Below the pieces are notes generated by a model. The model did no database searches and was not told the DNA's origin. It saw only the letters and a program-made list of their open reading frames with translations. Positions 58,790-64,000 of a stretch of DNA of 64,000 nt are shown here, piece after piece. The DNA is from Candidatus Latescibacterota bacterium (GTDB lineage: Bacteria > Latescibacterota > UBA2968). The stretch lies in the NCBI GenBank assembly GCA_965207885.1, contig OZ242311.1, positions 3,328,001-3,392,000 of the forward strand. Reading direction: 5' to 3'. The position numbers and the translations under genes are program-made. The stretch's first letter is position 1. Every line of letters begins with the position of its first letter.

Positions 58790-61700
58790 TCACCGATTGA
58801 CCGACACCTCAATGGCCATCTTATCTCCAGCAGTTAAGACCACTTCTTCTTTCAGGATCAGACTCACTCTATCGTCGCTAAATGAAGCAGTAGTACTGAC
58901 TACCTCCCCACCGATAGAAGCAACAACCGATTGTACATGCCGACCTTCGGGCACTTCAAATTCAAATATCCGAATGGGCAGACGCCCCCATTCAACGCTT
59001 AACTCCATAACCTGCATTTCCACATCTCGTCTCTGCTTGAACAGACCCCATCCTTCGGCTGCAGCAAAAAAGGATACGTGATCATCGGATTTCCATACAG
59101 GTGCAAAGCCTATTCGCGCTTTGGGACCTTCATATACAAAACCCTGGCAAGCGAGCAACAACGACCACACACTCATCGCCCGTGCATAAAATTTGCCGCA
59201 TTCATCATCGCCAAACGGATTCCCACTATATCCCCACGACGCTGTATTCATCTCCGTCAACTGATCGCGCAACCTGCCATCGTAGCGATCGTAAACAGCC
59301 CGGGCAACCATCAGGCCTTCCTTGAGCATTCCAAACTGAACCATCGCTGCAGCAGCGCCATACTCAAAACCCGTCATCGCCTCGTCGCCGTATTTCATAC
59401 TGCGAAATGGCTGAGGACCCTTTGGCCAGGAAATCATCTTCATTGCCGCATCGTCATTATCGACAAATTTTCTCGGTCGCTGTGTCGTCGTCCGAAAATG
59501 ATGCTTGAAATTGTACTGCAAAAGAGACCGCAGTGCCGAACGGACATTTTCCTCGGGATAGTGTCCCGGCAAGTTCACCTGTGGTGCCCACCACTCACCC
59601 AGCACCTGATCGATATGGCAACCATCTCCGTAGTCTTCATGGGCATCCTCGTCGGGACTCTGCACGTAATACTCGCCATTCCAGAGCGTCCGATTCTGAT
59701 TTCGCGTTCCCTTTTCACGCAACTTGCGATATCGGTCGGCGGACTGCGCATCATCTTCCAATACAGCCATCTTTTCACACGCCGCAAGAGCCGACAGATA
59801 AAGCGTCCCCATCCACGATGTTGCCCCCGACAGTTCACCATCAAGTGTATTGTGTTGCGAACCCGATAGCAAACCATCTTCATCTGAATCCCAACGCGCA
59901 ATCACAAAATTCATCGCCTTCTGCGCACTGGGCCAATGCGCGTGCAACCACTGCTGATCTGGACTACACAGATACTCGCGATATGTACTCAAAATATCGC
60001 CGAGCATCCCATCAATTGCCGGGCCTTGTATTTCAAAATGGCGTTCGCTGTGGCGAAAAGGCAATCCCCCATCTTCCCCCTGCAATACAAATGTCTGCTC
60101 GCGCATTCTCCGCGCGATCTCGGGAAAAAGACGCGCATGCGCCTGTGCATAGTGCCACACATGGCTGCAATTCCCCATACAACAACCCGAAGTTGGTGCG
60201 CAACCTTCATTGGCTCCAAAATACCCATCTTTTGCCCAAAAACACGTCTTGCTTCTCAGCACTGCAACCTGCGAACTTATTCGGTCCAGCAACCAGTGCG
60301 GGAGATTAGACGCATAGAGCGTATCGTGAAAGCGCCGCGTCTGTTGTGTCAAATCATCGAGATTAGCCTTGAGATATGCATAAACATCTAGCGCATCAGT
60401 CCACCAGTTTGCATACATATTGCCGTGTTTCACCCATATACGCGAACCATGGTTGGTATTGGGGAAATACCAAGCGAGAACAAAGGTGATAGTGCGTTTT
60501 TCCCCTGGTCGAAGCACAAATGGCGTAGCCAGCGCGCAATCGACCGTTCCGCCAGTAGCCGACGGCCCCGCTGATTCGACATATTCCAGATCACCATCTC
60601 GTGAAAATACTTCATGCAAATCGCGCAAACCGTTCCAGGAAGCTGTCGCACTGGCATTTTCCACCTGTGCCGACAGCACCATATCTTCATCAGATGCCGA
60701 CAGGTGCGTCATATGAATCGAAGTCGCATCATCCTCTCGAATCACCCGGTTGACATTGCCGCCATAACCCCCATTGGGACTATCTCCCGCGATGCCAATC
60801 GCATTTTGTTGCGTAGCCAGAAAACTGACTTCTACAGGAGAATCACCCTCATTGCTCGCCGTCAGATTAAAAATCCCACACGGGATACTCGAACATTTCA
60901 CATCAAGGGGAATCAGCGGATTAAAAACCTCCATTTCGACCCGAAGGGGAAAATCGGCATCTGCGAACTCAAACCATCCAAACGGGTATTCCCCCCTGAA
61001 CCTCAGACGATCCATCGCGGGAAATACTCCAACACCCGAAGTCTGTAACGCCCTGACCACAGGCTCTTTTCCCCGGGGCCTCGCCCACACGGCAAAAAAG
61101 CTATTGGGCACTTCGATATGTTCAAAATTATTGAATATTTGCCACGCCGACCGCTCTGCCTTGCCATTCACCTGAATCAAACCCGCACCAATCCCTCCCA
61201 CCGGCAGAGAAATCGCATCCAGATATTGCCCCTCATAGACTTTTGTATCGCCGGGATCGAACAAAGCGGAATCGTTTAGACGCGCTCTAAGGGCATCCGC
61301 CGCCACCTCGTTTTCTTCGTCCTCCCGTTGTTCCCGATCATGCACCACCCGCTTTCGGAGCGACTCTCGACCAGCCGCATCAACGTGTTGTGCGATATCC
61401 AGCGGTGTCAGAGCCACATTGTATATAGCTACCTCGTCTATCGCACAATTTACAGCCCGATCCTCACCACTTGCGCTGGACGCACCAATCTGTATCGGAC
61501 CAGCTTGCCGCAGCACACCAAACGCCAGAGACCCCATATCCAGAAAGCATTCGACGCCATCGATATAAGCGCGAAATTCCTGTCGCGGCTTGCTCGTAGC
61601 CAAAAAATGATACCAATGCCCCACTTTTATAGATCCATCAGGCGGAAAAATCAGCGTATTTGTTGTGCCGTTGAGAAATCGAAGCGCATTCAAATCCCGC

Positions 61701-62050
61701 GTCACATGAAATGCGAATCGCGTCTGTTCACCGTGGGATAGCTGATGCGAAATAAGACAGGGTTCGTAGTCCAACTGCTCATCGGAAATAACTTGAAAAA
61801 AGAATTCAACAGATGCGTCGCCCGCTGGATTTTCATCCAGATGTGGCACAATTCCCAAAGCCACATACGAACTCACCCTGCCGACATCCGCATCCTGAGT
61901 CTCCCCCACTCGCCAATAAGCCAAAAGCCCCGACTCATTGCGAACAGTCTGCGAATAAGCCAGAGCCGCAGCTTTTAATGCAGATCCCACACCCAATCTA
62001 AAGGGCAACGAAGCGACTATCGGCGCGTTTTCTTTATTTACAGGTATCAT
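58790..62050 (-). CDS. GH116 family glycoside hydrolase with N-terminal LamG/ConA-like domain
   Basis: WYH...YIDG...IGA...IDEVAIYN.AL (LamG); P.GGIGAG, EYPF, FNP.IP, EG...C...HV..Y, D.D.DG...G..HNTLD, WNGEYY, ECG.FYAR.M. Confidence 0.85.
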   Translation of the reverse strand: MIPVNKENAPIVASLPFRLGVGSALKAAALAYSQTVRNESGLLAYWRVGETQDADVGRVSSYVALGIVPHLDENPAGDASVEFFFQVISDEQLDYEPCLISHQLSHGEQTRFAFHVTRDLNALRFLNGTTNTLIFPPDGSIKVGHWYHFLATSKPRQEFRAYIDGVECFLDMGSLAFGVLRQAGPIQIGASSASGEDRAVNCAIDEVAIYNVALTPLDIAQHVDAAGRESLRKRVVHDREQREDEENEVAADALRARLNDSALFDPGDTKVYEGQYLDAISLPVGGIGAGLIQVNGKAERSAWQIFNNFEHIEVPNSFFAVWARPRGKEPVVRALQTSGVGVFPAMDRLRFRGEYPFGWFEFADADFPLRVEMEVFNPLIPLDVKCSSIPCGIFNLTASNEGDSPVEVSFLATQQNAIGIAGDSPNGGYGGNVNRVIREDDATSIHMTHLSASDEDMVLSAQVENASATASWNGLRDLHEVFSRDGDLEYVESAGPSATGGTVDCALATPFVLRPGEKRTITFVLAWYFPNTNHGSRIWVKHGNMYANWWTDALDVYAYLKANLDDLTQQTRRFHDTLYASNLPHWLLDRISSQVAVLRSKTCFWAKDGYFGANEGCAPTSGCCMGNCSHVWHYAQAHARLFPEIARRMREQTFVLQGEDGGLPFRHSERHFEIQGPAIDGMLGDILSTYREYLCSPDQQWLHAHWPSAQKAMNFVIARWDSDEDGLLSGSQHNTLDGELSGATSWMGTLYLSALAACEKMAVLEDDAQSADRYRKLREKGTRNQNRTLWNGEYYVQSPDEDAHEDYGDGCHIDQVLGEWWAPQVNLPGHYPEENVRSALRSLLQYNFKHHFRTTTQRPRKFVDNDDAAMKMISWPKGPQPFRSMKYGDEAMTGFEYGAAAAMVQFGMLKEGLMVARAVYDRYDGRLRDQLTEMNTASWGYSGNPFGDDECGKFYARAMSVWSLLLACQGFVYEGPKARIGFAPVWKSDDHVSFFAAAEGWGLFKQRRDVEMQVMELSVEWGRLPIRIFEFEVPEGRHVQSVVASIGGEVVSTTASFSDDRVSLILKEEVVLTAGDKMAIEVSVNR

Positions 62051-62062
62051 CCCTTTTCTCCA

Positions 62063-63604
62063 TTATGACCGTCTATGCCGCGCACTGTCGGCGCGCATAA
62101 CTTTCTCAAGTGTCCCGTCTTCAAATCCCGCCCAAGGTATCAGACTATCGGTCATATCCGTGCCATCTGGAGCAATCAGCCCCAAATCTCGCTTGGCGCG
62201 CAGAGCCGTCGCCTTCGGATCGACTATGGAACGCAACTCCTCTTTAAATGCCCTGAGCCTGTCAGCCTGTTCAATATCCGATGCGAGATCGCGCTCTTCC
62301 TTCGGGTCTTCCTTCACATTGAATAACGAGGGTGGATGAAATTCATACCAGGTGTATTTGTAATCCCCCCGCACAATCATGTAATACGCGCCTCGAAGTT
62401 GCGGACCATGCCATTCTGCAAAAACGCGCTCAGACCGTTTGTGTGGTTCCCCCCTCACAAGTGGCAACCAGCTTGCGCCAGGCAGACCAGGTTCGGGATC
62501 CAACCCCGCCATGTCCAAAATGGTGGGATAGAGATCGATTAGAGAAACGGGCGTATCGGTATTGACCTCTCCCTCAGGAATACCCGGTCCTGTGATCACA
62601 AGAGGAACCCCGATAGCCCCTTCATAAGAACAGTGCTTAAAAAAAAGCCCGTGTTCGCCCATGGATTCTCAATGATCTGATGTATAGATGATGTATGTAT
62701 TTTCATAGAGCTTCTGGTCCTGCAACTCATCGAGAATCTCGCCGATCATATCATCCATACAGGTGATCATACCGTAATAAGCGGCAATCGTCCGGCGCAG
62801 CATATCCTCTGTCACTTCCCCAAATACATTGGAGGCTTGCCACTCCTGCATCGCGGGATGAATATCGCGATTTGGGAACTGTGCATCGTGGGGCATCAAA
62901 ACGCGATCGGGATAGTACATATCGAAATATTTCTGAGGTACGCGATACGGCCAGTGGGGATACAGGTAGCCGACATACAGCACCCAGGGCGAATCCGATT
63001 TACCCTGCCCTTTTTCCCGCAAATACGCCAGCGTCTTATCTGTCACCTCGCGGTCGTGACCATAGAATCCCAACTCTTGCCGATCATCAATCTTTGCGAC
63101 ATCTCCCCCACCCGCTTCGAGCAAAAACCGCCGACTGGCTGGACGCGTATATCCCGGAAGGCGCGTGACAAAAGGCATCTCTCTCGGATAGGGATTCCAT
63201 GCCGTTCGGTGAAGGGGTTCGTCAAAATGCGTAAATCCCGGATTGTGATCGTCAATAGTGCCAGCGGAATCGATTTTGCCTATACAAGTCGATTCGATAC
63301 CATTCTGATCCAGCCGCGCTGCCCAGGTATTTTGTTTTTCTTCTTCGGGCAGAGGCACGCCATTCGACCAGCTATCAATCTGGTGAACGTACTTCCCCGT
63401 CATAAAACTCATGCGACTGGGACCGCACACCGCACAATTGGCATACGCTCTCGTAAAGTGTGTGCCTTCGCATGCAAGGTGATCCAGATTGGGCGTTTTG
63501 ACAAATGGGTACTGCCGATACCCCACCATTGCTGGATGATGCTGATCGCTGCATATAATCAGAATATTGGGACGCTGACCCGGTATTTGTTGAGAATTCC
63601 TCAT
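62063..63604 (-). pseudogene. Sulfatase interrupted by an in-frame TGA
   Basis: ORFs 62669-63643 and 62063-62662 are in the same frame: ...YTSDH-TGA(62669-62671)-ESMGEHG, where the family has SDHGE; CGPSR motif present. Start MRNSQ overlaps the upstream stop. Confidence 0.8.
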
Positions 63605-64000
63605 CTTAGTTGCCTTTCCTGATAATCCTCGGATGAAATCCACGTCAAATCATCCCAGTAATCAGTATCGTTCGCCTGATTCTCTCCAGGAGTTGTACGC
63701 CCATTGCACACAATGCTTGTAATTTTGTCGGTCAAATCTGCTACAATCTCAGGGTGATCGCCAATCGCGTTTTTTGTCTCACCAGGATCATTCGCGAGAT
63801 CGTAAAGCTCCAGCGGCTCATTCTTGTGCACCATAATCAGCTTCCAGGTGCCTTCTGTAATCGCAAACCGGCCCCCAGCACCGTGGTTAATCAAAGGCAA
63901 TCGTTCATGGGGCGTGTCAGAATCACTGAGTATCTTTGCAAAACTCTGGCTATCTTCACCCGCATCAGCAGGCAACTCCGCACCGACAACCTCAGCAAAA
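63601..64000 (-). CDS. Arylsulfatase, C-terminal part (runs off the window end)
   Basis: GEDS.SF, FAI..G.WKL, ELYDL..DPGE..N. Confidence 0.85.
   Translation of the reverse strand, partial: FAEVVGAELPADAGEDSQSFAKILSDSDTPHERLPLINHGAGGRFAITEGTWKLIMVHKNEPLELYDLANDPGETKNAIGDHPEIVADLTDKITSIVCNGRTTPGENQANDTDYWDDLTWISSEDYQERQLR

Noticed and set aside
62669-62671. TGA as selenocysteine, or as Gly under genetic code 25
   Set aside because: The position is a conserved Gly, not Cys, and I saw no convincing SECIS. Many genes here (map, sixA, comF, SRAP) end properly at TGA, so UGA is not globally reassigned.

Overview
Bacterial chromosomal window of moderate GC, densely coding, with no rRNA, CRISPR array or intact transposase. 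The mix of many sulfatases, Gfo/Idh/MocA oxidoreductases, PhyH, a GH116 and secreted proteins with a DxDGxGxVxFxDFLxF double repeat suggests a marine or sponge-associated FCB-group organism such as Latescibacterota (inference only). Contents in order: an OMP, lipoprotein and glycogen-synthase-like GT cluster; map; a secreted metalloprotease; a Tro/Mnt metal ABC operon whose two permeases both carry DtxR-like tails; a DtxR-feoAB operon; an internally duplicated UxaA/GarD-type dehydratase; a probable selenocysteine-containing Spx/ArsC-family protein missed by the ORF track (UxxC plus a SECIS-like hairpin); SRAP; a BrnT/BrnA toxin-antitoxin pair; an AT-rich three-gene island (NucS-like nuclease plus two coiled-coil proteins, a defence candidate); a GAF-PepSY-TM plus cytochrome c'-like pair; an S8 protease; sulfatase/oxidoreductase catabolic genes; the pfk-gap-pgk-tpiA-secG-tRNA-Leu(GAG) operon; comF; a HAD-YvcK fusion; DUF62; radC; and a GH116/sulfatase cluster with one sulfatase interrupted by an in-frame TGA. 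Two families of small intergenic palindromic repeats were also seen. All family calls come from motif recognition, not database searches.
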